Virus record (IMG/VR): IMGVR_UViG_3300012007_000009
Span: 64,001 to 128,000 of that record
Direction: 5' to 3' (one strand)
DNA length: 64,000 nt
DNA from: a virus
Lineage: Duplodnaviria; Caudoviricetes
The position numbers and the translations under genes are program-made. Of the stretch, positions 46,301 to 55,336 are shown one piece after another; the first letter of the stretch is position 1, and each line of letters begins with the position of its first letter. A model generated the notes under the pieces. That model was not told the origin of the DNA. It saw only the letters and a list, made by a program, of their open reading frames with translations, and ran no database searches.

Positions 46301-46749
46301 TCGTTATCTGAACATGAGGACAAGTCTTTCAATATGGCCAATTTCAGTGCATTCTTTAGATTCTCTTCAACATTTCTGAAATTTGCGCTGTTCTTTACGT
46401 CCTGATACACCCATACAGGTTCACCACCATCATCCCTATAACGTAGGCCAAGTTCATCCATCGCCATATCCATGGAAGAATTTACCAGCATATCGACCTG
46501 CATAAACCTCGGGTCGCTATTCAACTTGCGTGCTATTGATGTGGTAGTGCTGCTCCCTTCACAATCCGTCGTATCTATGCCGAGAAACCTTGCCGCATCA
46601 TCGTACCTAAATGGCACCGGGCGTACCGAATTCCCGCTATTTCCCTCGAACAACACCCGGTATGCGCTTTCCACCAGGGTCATAATCCCGATATCAATAC
46701 CGCTCGATACCAATTCCTTGTAGTCTGAATTCGAAAACATCGGCAACAC
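43381..46749 (-). CDS. Large late protein with C-terminal FISUMP/DUF1566-like domain
   Basis: GLLWM...LYS...GWRLPTVTELNNL...GFSPTG...AIKLVR; N-terminal VESAYRVLFEG; start may be ATG 46740. Confidence 0.75.
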   Translation of the reverse strand: MLPMFSNSDYKELVSSGIDIGIMTLVESAYRVLFEGNSGNSVRPVPFRYDDAARFLGIDTTDCEGSSTTTSIARKLNSDPRFMQVDMLVNSSMDMAMDELGLRYRDDGGEPVWVYQDVKNSANFRNVEENLKNALKLAILKDLSSCSDNESFTARLNKIDRVALADEIQSLFNEHDLIEKLTKNNNRFEKTILADTENFTTSDIADTAVKNSKGGMAWEAAGMQMMLRNEDGTEWVKEENDRIQAYLVPGSGVSIMRLDLMEDEGAYRIQDIVFMFPQIISHRVAEDFVNFLTADFCLGLWQDAPSNDDLSKLQFKLTWDDRVRILKKSMSRPDTFISNLWNEIYSGTEYFGRFNELQFLAACVDRGLVDSDDLSEWVEMAVKENKVIVHDPEIMSIAKKYGISTGYPGEFDYIIGLSILRPFDDPNGLIQALTGTPGHATIRVADFMKMPEIADNAYSLSNTFSPKMLREPNVQVAIFRVRGINALMDALSVSIGISGQYIPLSEDAVEYALNDSGTRAIDNCLRLMNYFDGLMRSNSMNAASRDALFSDIKKFMTPRVQQTLLHAIDNGPAKRCLLRFGSVVPGFRVFSSELYGNIVPDNNENDINKYRDSVSGNMLLRRIREFLTAYPNNTEYALRLFLNLCLGRSIVKEVESNSPLGKRILSTFLKLNEPQSGGWRFDALRHSMLINGLVTDDLTTYFRTYIKPLKRNFSFSTSRVSDNTHYVGEYIKQVLDSYMSLYESDSGLAREIFLDSKRGGIISCNEQTLVDNGAGSKKMAMRNDVLARCIIAYELWELLAHYGKEYYESNSFNDVVATILAGQHLVLSVDDFEWKSLSLHGDRVTKALFDISAKYDKSLSKDDPAVISTEDIEKLLKDKPMVLLSCINMLPGNIAHEVCKKCFTPETVRDMSTTPEGLELLLRLAAMGGWDEFTTQFVRAHEIKINSVIENLPSGEAERVKQMLAPYFSRGGEFSANAGSMASAELGKKVEYHEANGLLWMTGYYDGATGVKSSRNVMLYSMEDAEAIMAQLGSTGWRLPTVTELNNLGQDTGAIASKQLGFSPTGKADVDGSMSPNSEYVCYAWCVDDDGDLCGYSVDNNVIDTDAEDIEDGDMLAIKLVR

Positions 46750-46772
46750 CGTACAATTGTGTGATTAACCAC

Positions 46773-46810
46773 AGTTTATACCTTCAGGGCATATCCTTGG
46801 TATATAAACT
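46773..46810. promoter_or_regulatory. Divergent pair of TATAAACT late promoters
   Basis: Minus copy 46773-46780, plus copy 46803-46810. Confidence 0.75.
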
Positions 46811-46842
46811 CTCTGATAACGGACTAAAACCACAGGTTCAAG

Positions 46843-47988
46843 ATGAAGGGTCTAAGCATACCGGCAACCATGATGGAGTCAATCTCCAGGGCATACTCAA
46901 CGATTTTCGGCGAACCGCTCACGGAATCGGCACTTTTTGAATCCCAGCGGGAAATTGAGGAACTTACCAGGAAGGCAGTGTACAAGACCATAGTATCCAA
47001 CATCATCGGCCATATTCCCGAGAACTGGGATGACCCCCGCGTGACCGACCTGTACCAGAGAGTGCACGACGACCACATGAAGCCAGTCTCACAGTTCCTT
47101 CATGAGTTCCAGGCATCCCCGGCCGGACAAAACATAAGCATTCCCGAATTCAACGAGCAGTCATTCACCAACCGGCGCGGTAACGAGCTTACCCTGATGC
47201 AGAGCATCCTCAACAACATCAGGCAAACGTTCTTCAACTTCAACGGTGCGAATACCGACTACATGCCGGGCGTAACCAGGATAGCGCTGCTCCGCAACGG
47301 AATGGGCGGTTGCGGCTTCGGTAGTCCCGAGCAGGACCCCGGTGAAGTGAAACTACTGAAGACCTTTGTCAAGTACGTATGCGAGATATGCCCTGACCCA
47401 CAGGCCGATGGCGCGGAATTCGACATCGACCTCAACGGCATGACGCTCCGGGATATCCGCAACAACTTCGGCAACACCCTGCATGGCGACATTACGAGTC
47501 GCCGTGATGCAATACGCGGATACTCATCGGAGGCAACACCCGGAAACTACCGTATTGTCCACATACCCGACTTCCAGACTGCCCAACAGTACCGACAGTA
47601 CTTCACGGTATCCCCCTGGTGCATCACCACCTCCCAGATGATGTGGGACTCCTACACCCTGGAAGGGAAAAACACGGTATATTTCTGCCTGCGGGACGGT
47701 TTCGAGGATGTCCCGGCCGAGCCCGGGGAGAATTGCCCGCTCGACGACTACGGGACCAGCATGATAGCCGTGATTGTCGATACCGACGGGGACCTGTCGA
47801 CGGCAACCCCCCGATGGAACGATGCCAACGGCAGTTCCGACTACCTTCTCAAAGAAGAAGATGTGGTCGACCTTATCGGACGTCCGTTCTACGACGCGTT
47901 CCCCCCAGTGGAGACCGAGGACCCCGAATACGTCCAGCAGGCCAGGAGACTCGGCGGGCCAATGGGAGGGCCGGACGGCCGTCCATAA
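46843..47988 (+). CDS. Late protein with WCIT-type domain
   Basis: N-terminal MMES...LTES...LFES; SPWCITT...WDSY...DDYGTSMIAVIV. Confidence 0.75.
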   Translation: MKGLSIPATMMESISRAYSTIFGEPLTESALFESQREIEELTRKAVYKTIVSNIIGHIPENWDDPRVTDLYQRVHDDHMKPVSQFLHEFQASPAGQNISIPEFNEQSFTNRRGNELTLMQSILNNIRQTFFNFNGANTDYMPGVTRIALLRNGMGGCGFGSPEQDPGEVKLLKTFVKYVCEICPDPQADGAEFDIDLNGMTLRDIRNNFGNTLHGDITSRRDAIRGYSSEATPGNYRIVHIPDFQTAQQYRQYFTVSPWCITTSQMMWDSYTLEGKNTVYFCLRDGFEDVPAEPGENCPLDDYGTSMIAVIVDTDGDLSTATPRWNDANGSSDYLLKEEDVVDLIGRPFYDAFPPVETEDPEYVQQARRLGGPMGGPDGRP

Positions 47989-48022
47989 GTTACCGGGAAT
48001 ATCTAGAAAGGATTAATGACCA

Positions 48023-51019
48023 ATGAGTTATGCACTTCTCGATAGTCTGTCCATCCTGCTTGAGGCGTCATCGGCCGATAGTTCGATGGCAAAACGCATA
48101 GAGGCCGACATATGCCGTCGGTTCGGAATAACGGAGGACGCCCGGTACAGCGATTCGCGTTACTCGAACCTTGCGCATTTTATCCGGCTGTATGCCGGAG
48201 CGCAGATTCTGCACCCGCAGTACATGGGTATCGGTTCTTCCGAAGAAGTGGTAGCCTGGTTCGGGTGGAACGACGGACCGCACGGTGAACAGTCAGCAGA
48301 CGGGTCGACCGGGCAACAAGAAAACGCCGACGTCCAGGATGACGGTGAAGAACAGGATAACGAAGTTACGCCGCACGATGCGCCGATATCGGTGCAGGAC
48401 CTGGCCGATGTCGATTCCTGGCCGCAGAACTTAAAGAACTATGTCGCGTTGCTGTCCGGACGTTACATCGAAGGCATATTAAGGATATGTTTCGATGAAT
48501 GCGGAATGAAGTCATACCTCATACACCGGGAACCGGGGTTATTGAACGCCCTCGCGGAATACTTTGCCCAGAAAACCGGAAAGAGCATACAGGCTGCAAA
48601 ATCCGAGATTCTCCGCGACAACCCACCCGCATGGAACTACAACAAAATGCGCCATCTTGCCAGGGTCATCCTGCCGGAACTCGTACTTTGTACTCTTATC
48701 GCGCCCATGTCCAATACGCCGAACTGCGGAAAAACCGATATCAGCCAAAATATCGAGTACCTGGGAGTGGATAACGTAGAACTGATTCAGGACATGACCA
48801 CCCCGGTTGACGTCAAGATTACAAGTAACCTGGAAATTGCAGGAAAGACGGCCCCGTTGAATTATTCCCAGTTGCTCAAGCTAGTGAATAAGTGGACCTA
48901 TGACCTAACGGCAATAGATAGGAAATCGAGCATAAACGGGGCCAGTGGAGAAACAACCTATTACGAGCCGCCCAAGGTCAATAGCGATGATGATGACAGC
49001 GAGGCCATCGCGCCCCAGTCGGAAGGACTGAATGCGACCTACAGCGATGAAGTCGCCCCCGAGCCAATTATGGTAGAGCACGAGGAAAGTACTACGGTGC
49101 AGTTCCCGACAAGAAAGTTGAACGGGTGGTATGTAGTAGACATCGACCAGGACCAGGACAACGCCAAGGACAACCAGACAAGGATAAGACGCGGCGTCAT
49201 AGCATTCAACGAACCTGCCGCACCAACCGGAAAATTCTATTTCCGGGGAGGAAGCGTATACAACCCCAGCGGTGAACACGCTAAATGCACGAACGGTGTA
49301 TCTTCGTGGTGCTGGACATGGGATGGATACTATAACGATTACAGGAACATGGGCAACGGTGACCGCGGGTTCATGCTAATAAGCGAGCATGCGCTCGACA
49401 AGGACGTACTGGATTCATATGTTGAATACCGCGACGACACCCGCCTCGGGGATAAGTATGACTCGTCAGCATTCGGCATAGTCATTGCAGGACCCGGGGA
49501 AAGCAGGTACAGCATTCCGGGCCTAGTTAAATACGACGACGACCGGGGGATATGTTTCGAGGCACGCCGCGACGTATCGAAGTCTTCAAAGGCACCAGGT
49601 ACAAGTCACCCGGTACATTACGATGAATCACTTGTGCCGAGCGGGGGGAATATCCCGGGTATGCTGAAGGTATCCGACTTCGGCAGCGATTACGCCCCGA
49701 AGATAATCCTAATCAACTACTCGATTTTCTCCCTGGCCTTGATAGGGAAATGGGATAACAGCATCAGACTCGTCGACCCCGACGGACATCTCCAGACGGA
49801 TGACCTGGTCGCCCTGATGCAGAAGTGGTTCCCCGTACCCCTGGATGGCAATGCCGCACCGCAGCTATCGGGGCCAAAGATTGTCGAACACAAGGTGGAT
49901 GACATATCCGTCATAGGCGACCTGCTGAACCTCGACATGGTAGGAGATGAACCGGATGACGTATTGCGGGAAAAGGTGTACAGGTGGAACGGGACCCCGT
50001 GGCGGACATACCAATCCTACCAGCCTAACGTAGGCGACTACAAGCTGGTATACATGGCGGACGCGGATGCATTGTACAGGTATGAACATGACCGTTCCGG
50101 CAATATGCCGGTATCCGAAATTCCCGCACTGGTATTCCTGCATTTTCCCGAGCGCAAAATTACTGTCCCGGTATTTTCCACCCCGAAACCCCTGGATGAA
50201 CTGCTCTCCCTGGATTATTCCGACGGCATAGCACCCAGGATAGAGAAGATTCTTGACGGCGCGGATGGCACGGACAGGGAAACTGGCAAGACCGGCAACG
50301 ACGGCGACAGCGGTTTCGATACGGACGAGTCCGGGATTTCCTGGGCATTCCCGGTATCGTCATCCAGGAAGAATCGCCGCATCGGGTTCAACGCCGACGG
50401 CGAAGTGTTCGTTTCCGGGCCGGAGACGGAAGGAAAACCCGAGAGTATCGCAACTTCGAGGGGCGACTGCCCGTTCCCCCCGGGAAGCCGCGGCACGTAC
50501 GTAACGACACCGGAAGGGAACTACAACCTGTGGGTCGTGTATGACGGGGCCGACAGGCAGCGCATGCTCGTCTACTATGCCAGGGAAAACCGCATCCGCA
50601 GGTACGAGATTCTAGGCGAATTCCTCGATGCGGAAAAAATGACTGCCCTCCTCAGCTACGATGTGAACGGCGATACCAGGTATACGCTCGGATGTATCAC
50701 CGGGGATAGGGCAAGACTGCAGAGTCCGAACGACCCGTATACCAACTACATAGTACTAATGGGCGGAATAGTGGTAGACAACATAGGCCTGACGGAGAGC
50801 GCAGTAGATAAGTTCATTAACGAGTACGTGGGCCGGGATGTTGGATTGGCCACCATGATTGGCTTCAACCCGGGAAGGAACGATTCCCCCGAGGATGTGA
50901 AAGTCGGAACGATTCACTGGTATGACCGCCATACGATGGAATTCACCGGGCTAGACTACATAACGCTCGACGAGCTCAGCAGGAACGGCAGTAACCTGCC
51001 GATAATCCATCGCATCTAG
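48023..51019 (+). CDS. Large late protein with related WCxT domain
   Basis: 998 aa; SSWCWTWDGYYNDY...DKYDSSAFGIVI; N-terminal LLEA. Confidence 0.75.
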   Translation: MSYALLDSLSILLEASSADSSMAKRIEADICRRFGITEDARYSDSRYSNLAHFIRLYAGAQILHPQYMGIGSSEEVVAWFGWNDGPHGEQSADGSTGQQENADVQDDGEEQDNEVTPHDAPISVQDLADVDSWPQNLKNYVALLSGRYIEGILRICFDECGMKSYLIHREPGLLNALAEYFAQKTGKSIQAAKSEILRDNPPAWNYNKMRHLARVILPELVLCTLIAPMSNTPNCGKTDISQNIEYLGVDNVELIQDMTTPVDVKITSNLEIAGKTAPLNYSQLLKLVNKWTYDLTAIDRKSSINGASGETTYYEPPKVNSDDDDSEAIAPQSEGLNATYSDEVAPEPIMVEHEESTTVQFPTRKLNGWYVVDIDQDQDNAKDNQTRIRRGVIAFNEPAAPTGKFYFRGGSVYNPSGEHAKCTNGVSSWCWTWDGYYNDYRNMGNGDRGFMLISEHALDKDVLDSYVEYRDDTRLGDKYDSSAFGIVIAGPGESRYSIPGLVKYDDDRGICFEARRDVSKSSKAPGTSHPVHYDESLVPSGGNIPGMLKVSDFGSDYAPKIILINYSIFSLALIGKWDNSIRLVDPDGHLQTDDLVALMQKWFPVPLDGNAAPQLSGPKIVEHKVDDISVIGDLLNLDMVGDEPDDVLREKVYRWNGTPWRTYQSYQPNVGDYKLVYMADADALYRYEHDRSGNMPVSEIPALVFLHFPERKITVPVFSTPKPLDELLSLDYSDGIAPRIEKILDGADGTDRETGKTGNDGDSGFDTDESGISWAFPVSSSRKNRRIGFNADGEVFVSGPETEGKPESIATSRGDCPFPPGSRGTYVTTPEGNYNLWVVYDGADRQRMLVYYARENRIRRYEILGEFLDAEKMTALLSYDVNGDTRYTLGCITGDRARLQSPNDPYTNYIVLMGGIVVDNIGLTESAVDKFINEYVGRDVGLATMIGFNPGRNDSPEDVKVGTIHWYDRHTMEFTGLDYITLDELSRNGSNLPIIHRI

Positions 51020-51960
51020 TGTTTTGGGGACAGGTCGAACGGGACGAACGGCTCGCCGGATTCGTCCTCTTCCGGCCCGTCATATACTTCCCGGATTTCA
51101 CCGGCATCCTTGCCGATGAATCCTTTCAGGAACTTCGGACTCAGACCGGCGATTACGGACTCCAGGGACACTACTTCTACTTCCCCATCGGTCTCATCCC
51201 CGATGAAACCACCCATGGCCTCGGCATAGTCGGCATTGTAGACGACGTTTGACGACCCGTCATACTCCATCACCCCGGGGTTCATCCCGGTGACCTCGGA
51301 AACCGTCCTGTATTTCCTGGGATTCTCGACCCCGGCCTTCTCCAGAATCTCGTAGTCATCGTCATCGAGCTTTCTCTCGAAGTCGAGCCCGCGCCTGCTG
51401 ACAATCTCCCCGGCAGCCCTGGCAAGCCGGTCGGCCTGCTCATCGGCCTTCATGTCGGATTCGTACTTTTCCGGGGCGAATTTCCTGTACACGTCGCCCA
51501 TGCTGATGGAAGTCGCCTCGGTAACCCCGAACAGGTCGAGGAACAGCGGGTACTTCGGCATCGTGCCCATCTTCTCCTTCCCGTCACGGAAGGACTTGTA
51601 CCAGAAGGGTATCACGGAAGTGTATTCGGCCAGCTTTTCCGGGTCAATCCCGGAATCTCCCACCACGTCGTCAAAGTCGGCATAGTCAGCCATGACGAGT
51701 TCCTTCGCCTGCTCCCTCGTCAACTTGCCGGACGGCTCCGTTTTCGCCGCGGTCCTTACATCGACCCGGATTTCGGTAGCCGGCCTTTCGTCAGCGGAAT
51801 CCCCCGTGCCATCATCCGAATCAGAATTGGACTTACCTTCGGAAGTAACTGTCTCGTCGTCATCCTTCTTGACATCGGCCTCCCATTCGGAAAGCGAGTT
51901 TTCCTGTTCGTCGAACGCCCTGTCGGCTTCATCTATAGTTTTCTGGTCGAGCATGCCCAT
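51016..51960 (-). CDS. Hypothetical acidic protein
   Basis: 314 aa, convergent CTAG stop overlap. Confidence 0.7.
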   Translation of the reverse strand: MGMLDQKTIDEADRAFDEQENSLSEWEADVKKDDDETVTSEGKSNSDSDDGTGDSADERPATEIRVDVRTAAKTEPSGKLTREQAKELVMADYADFDDVVGDSGIDPEKLAEYTSVIPFWYKSFRDGKEKMGTMPKYPLFLDLFGVTEATSISMGDVYRKFAPEKYESDMKADEQADRLARAAGEIVSRRGLDFERKLDDDDYEILEKAGVENPRKYRTVSEVTGMNPGVMEYDGSSNVVYNADYAEAMGGFIGDETDGEVEVVSLESVIAGLSPKFLKGFIGKDAGEIREVYDGPEEDESGEPFVPFDLSPKH

Positions 51961-52000
51961 CTGTCTGTTCCCATATGTCTCTTTTCCCAGAAACTACAAC

Positions 52001-52029
52001 AAAAGGCGTCCGGGAGTGCCGGACGCCTT
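52001..52029 (-). terminator. Intrinsic terminator
   Basis: AAGGCGTCCGG-5nt-CCGGACGCCTT followed by T tract on minus strand. Confidence 0.75.
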
Positions 52030-52051
52030 CTCGGAATGTTCGCCTGCCGCA

Positions 52052-52990
52052 CTAGCGGAAGAACTTCTGGTTCCTGGGGGCGACCCCGCCGTTGCGGGTG
52101 GACATGTTCCCGTACCCGGCGTTGTTCAGGAGTTCGTCGGCAAGGGCGTCATAGTCGACGTCGGCATCGTTGGCCTCCGTCCCGGGACGGCCTTCGTCCG
52201 CGCCGTCGTTACGGTAATCCTTCAGCTCGTCGGAATTCCAGAGGGAGATGTAGTCGTCGAGGTTCCTGTCCGCTTCATCGTCATCCAGCTCGCGACGGCG
52301 CTGCTCGTCGAACGCGCTGTCGTACTCGGCGTCGATGTCGCGTGCCGGGTGGTCGAAGTCGATGTCGCGTTCGCCGTTGTCGTCGTACGGGCGGAGCAGG
52401 TCGGACTCGCCCTCGTCAGCGTTGCCGAAGAGGTTGCTGGAACGGCTCTCGGTCAGCTCGTTCCCCTTCCCTTTCTTGCCCTTGCCCGCTTTCTGGCACT
52501 GGGTATCGGCAGGCGCCGCGTTGGGTTCGCCGCAGTCGCATTCCTCTTCTACCGGTACGCATTCCCCGTCGACGCACTTCGTGCCGGCGGGGCACTCGTC
52601 GTCACCGTCGCATTCGCCGTCGTCATCGCCGGCCTCCTCGGCACCGCACTCGTCATCTTCCCCCGACGAGAACGGGTTCTCGCCGGCATTCACCTTGTCG
52701 TCGAAGTTCTTGAGGAAGCCCTCGAGAACGGTCTGCTCCTCGGAGTCCAGGTGCGGGAGGAACGCCTGCAGGAGGCCGCTGACGGCATCCTTGATTTTGT
52801 CGGCGGTCAGCGGGCCGTCGGCAGCCTCGAACTGTGGCTTCCTGGCGGGCCTGATGTACCCTTCCTTGACTGCGAAGTTGTACTTGAAACGGTCGATTGC
52901 GTCGTCGTTGCTGCCGTTCTTCAGGGAATCGGCGAAATCCATGTACGCCTCGAATGCCGCGGGGCCGAGCGTGCGATGTGTCCTGGCCAT
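52052..52990 (-). CDS. Acidic late protein with Cys-rich patch
   Basis: TATAAACT at 53024-53031, GAGG RBS; motifs AFEA, QFEA, VLEG, LTES; CDGDDECPAGTKCVDGEC. Confidence 0.75.
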   Translation of the reverse strand: MARTHRTLGPAAFEAYMDFADSLKNGSNDDAIDRFKYNFAVKEGYIRPARKPQFEAADGPLTADKIKDAVSGLLQAFLPHLDSEEQTVLEGFLKNFDDKVNAGENPFSSGEDDECGAEEAGDDDGECDGDDECPAGTKCVDGECVPVEEECDCGEPNAAPADTQCQKAGKGKKGKGNELTESRSSNLFGNADEGESDLLRPYDDNGERDIDFDHPARDIDAEYDSAFDEQRRRELDDDEADRNLDDYISLWNSDELKDYRNDGADEGRPGTEANDADVDYDALADELLNNAGYGNMSTRNGGVAPRNQKFFR

Positions 52991-53043
52991 AAAATCTACC
53001 TCGTATTGGTATGCTTTACGCCAAGTTTATATCATGTCCGTTT

Positions 53044-54558
53044 TTATGCGCTTGCGGCAGGCTCGTACACCCCGAGCATCTCCAGTTCGACATCGCGGTC
53101 GAACTCCATCTCGTCCCCGGTCTTCCAGGCCATCCCGAACTCCTCCGACGTCATGGTCGGGACGCCCACCTTCCCCAGCTCGTCCTCCACCAGCTCCCTG
53201 ACCCGGTCGGCAAGCCCGGCCTCCACGATAATCTCGTCGTGCACCGTGCAGTACGGGCACCCGACTTCCCGGGTAATCCGCGGTATGGCCCTGTCGAACA
53301 CGAAGCTGCTCTCGACCCGCTGCATCTCCCGGGCGAGCGCCGCGTAATTCCCCGCCTTCATCCGCTCGATGGCGAGCAGCATGCACGGGAAGTGCTCGGA
53401 CCACACCCTACGCACCGCGCCCTTCATCGGGTCGCCGCCCTCCGTGAACACCGGCCCGAACAGGGTGACGAAGAACGCGTGCTTCGCCTCTTCCCTGCCG
53501 ACCTCGCGGTCGAGGTCGAAGTCCTGGGACATCTCCGACGCGAAGAACTCGTAGAGCCGGCCTTCCCTGACGAGCCCCTCGTACCTCCCGCATTCCTCCA
53601 GGTACGCCCCGCGGTCGCGTATCTCGGCCCTCGCCCTCAGCTCCCTCAGCGACGGCGACTCGGTCAGGTCCAGCGCGGCGCACTCGTCGGCCAGGCTCCG
53701 CATTATCGTTCCCAGGAAGGCCCCCTGGCTGGACTTGATGTCCACGCCGGCGGTCGGCTTCCCGTCGCAGTACAGGCACTCGGCCCGTACCTCCTTCTTG
53801 AGCTGTGTCACGTTTGTGTGTATTCGCCCGAACCTGTCCTTCTTCACGAACAGCGCCCCGGGGTCCTCGTTCACGGAGTTGAACCTGTCGACCTTCGCCA
53901 ATTCGCGGCGCTTCCGCTTGGCGGTCATGGACTTGTCCGCGACAAGCCTGTCCAGCACCTTGACCGCCCGCTTCCTGTCCAGGGAGAAATGGGACAGGCC
54001 GTCGTGGCAGGCGCCCACCCTCGGGTCCAGCATCTGCCTGGCCTTCACGTCGGCCGCGCACAGCGCGAGCCTCTTCAGGAACGGCCTGGACTTGACGGGG
54101 ATTCCCCTCGTCCTCCCGTACTTCCTGGTCTCGCCCGTGACGTCGCCCATCCGCCTCTCGCGGCTGTAGCAGTACTCCTTCCAGTAGTTCACGTAGGGCC
54201 ACCCGAACCAGAAGGCCTTGCTCCGCCCCCTGGTCTTGCCGTCACCCGGGAGGTACGAGAAGCTCCTCCCGATGAAGCCCCAGTTGATGAGGTCCTCGAG
54301 CACGGATTTGTAGTCGTTCCCTATGGCCGCGTGCAGGTAGACCGCCTGCAGGTTGCAGTGCCAGGTCCTGGTATCCACCTTGCCGCCCAGTATCCTGGCG
54401 TCGTGGTAGGCCCTCTTCAGCTGCCTTGCCACGAGGTGCAAGACAAAGAGGTACTTCTCCCTGCGCCTTGCGCACCCCGGGAACTCCTCAAGCTTCTGCC
54501 TGAGGGGGGCGAGGAAAACCTCGGGTACTCTCATCTTGTACTCGAACCTGGGTGTCAT
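53044..54558 (-). CDS. PolA-superfamily (TV-Pol-like) polymerase without exonuclease domains
   Basis: GRIHT, motif A VDIKSSQ, motif B REEAKHAFFVTLFG, MQRVES, motif C TVHDEI; N-terminal wHTH-like YKSVLEDLINWGFI. ATG 54558 preferred over GTG 54684. Confidence 0.75.
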   Translation of the reverse strand: MTPRFEYKMRVPEVFLAPLRQKLEEFPGCARRREKYLFVLHLVARQLKRAYHDARILGGKVDTRTWHCNLQAVYLHAAIGNDYKSVLEDLINWGFIGRSFSYLPGDGKTRGRSKAFWFGWPYVNYWKEYCYSRERRMGDVTGETRKYGRTRGIPVKSRPFLKRLALCAADVKARQMLDPRVGACHDGLSHFSLDRKRAVKVLDRLVADKSMTAKRKRRELAKVDRFNSVNEDPGALFVKKDRFGRIHTNVTQLKKEVRAECLYCDGKPTAGVDIKSSQGAFLGTIMRSLADECAALDLTESPSLRELRARAEIRDRGAYLEECGRYEGLVREGRLYEFFASEMSQDFDLDREVGREEAKHAFFVTLFGPVFTEGGDPMKGAVRRVWSEHFPCMLLAIERMKAGNYAALAREMQRVESSFVFDRAIPRITREVGCPYCTVHDEIIVEAGLADRVRELVEDELGKVGVPTMTSEEFGMAWKTGDEMEFDRDVELEMLGVYEPAASA

Positions 54559-54664
54559 CGGTCCAAAATTATTCAAAATCCGCCATTCCGTCAAGGAGTT
54601 TATCCGGGTTTCGCCACCCCTTCCCGGGATTCCCCCGTCTTCCCCCGGGCCCCTACGGGGTCCA

Positions 54665-54801
54665 CGCTCCGCCAGGTCACACAAGTCCTATAGATATGTT
54701 TAACGTTTTGAACCCGGTTTCCCGGAAAACCCGGTGGTGGAGGGAGGACCATGAGGGTCGCTCCGCCCAGTTACCTACAAGTCCTATAGATATGTTTAAC
54801 G
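54665..54801. repeat. Two 25-bp direct repeats in a divergent intergenic region
   Basis: ACAAGTCCTATAGATATGTTTAACG at 54681-54705 and 54777-54801, each preceded by CGCTCCGCC (54665, 54759). Confidence 0.9.
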
Positions 54802-54839
54802 AATCGGACAGGTTTCCCGGGGTTTTCCGGGAATTCCCG

Positions 54840-54868
54840 TTGACTTCCCGGGGGAATCTTGCTATATT
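54840..54868 (+). promoter_or_regulatory. Sigma70-type promoter with extended -10
   Basis: TTGACT-17bp-TATATT with TG at the extended position; ATG 6 nt downstream. Confidence 0.75.
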
Positions 54869-54874
54869 CTCGGT

Positions 54875-55318
54875 ATGGATTCTACAGATTACAAGAAGCT
54901 CAGCGCGGCCAGGCTGGTGCTGTGTCCCGCGACGGACGTTTCCGCCGGGGTCACCTCCGGTTCCATGGGCTACCTGCTGAACACGAACATGCGTGGCGGT
55001 GTCGAAATGGCCAGGGACGGCGAGGCGCCGGAGCTGGATGGCGACGCGGTCGAGTCCGGGAAGTTCCTGGACGCCCTGGACCGGGCCGTCAGGTCCTATC
55101 TCGACGACTGCGTCAGGCTGCTCTATCTCAAGAAATCATCCAACGCCTTCGCCGAGACTGGCTTCAAGTTCATGCCGCAGCACCCGTACAGGGTGGTACT
55201 CTGGACTGGCAAGACGGACGGCGGGTACGAGTTCTCGTTCATGCCGCTGAGGGATGCGGGGAAGGTATCTTCCGACACCGTGTCTCCCGGTGCTTACCGG
55301 TGCACCCAGGCCGTGTAG
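54875..55318 (+). CDS. Hypothetical protein
   Basis: 147 aa, first gene of the uvsW unit. Confidence 0.7.
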   Translation: MDSTDYKKLSAARLVLCPATDVSAGVTSGSMGYLLNTNMRGGVEMARDGEAPELDGDAVESGKFLDALDRAVRSYLDDCVRLLYLKKSSNAFAETGFKFMPQHPYRVVLWTGKTDGGYEFSFMPLRDAGKVSSDTVSPGAYRCTQAV

Positions 55319-55336
55319 GCCGGAGGCTGATTGCGT

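Noticed and set aside
47415-47435. EFDID resembling the crAss-like virion RNA polymerase motif
   Set aside because: First Asp missing and the protein is far too small.
52990-53001. 12-bp match TAAAATCTACCT to the TnpB left-end repeat
   Set aside because: It is the RBS/spacer of the 52990 gene; single short match is compatible with chance.
54681-54801. Mini-CRISPR interpretation of the two 25-bp repeats
   Set aside because: Only two copies, 71-bp gap, similarity extends into flanks, no cas genes.
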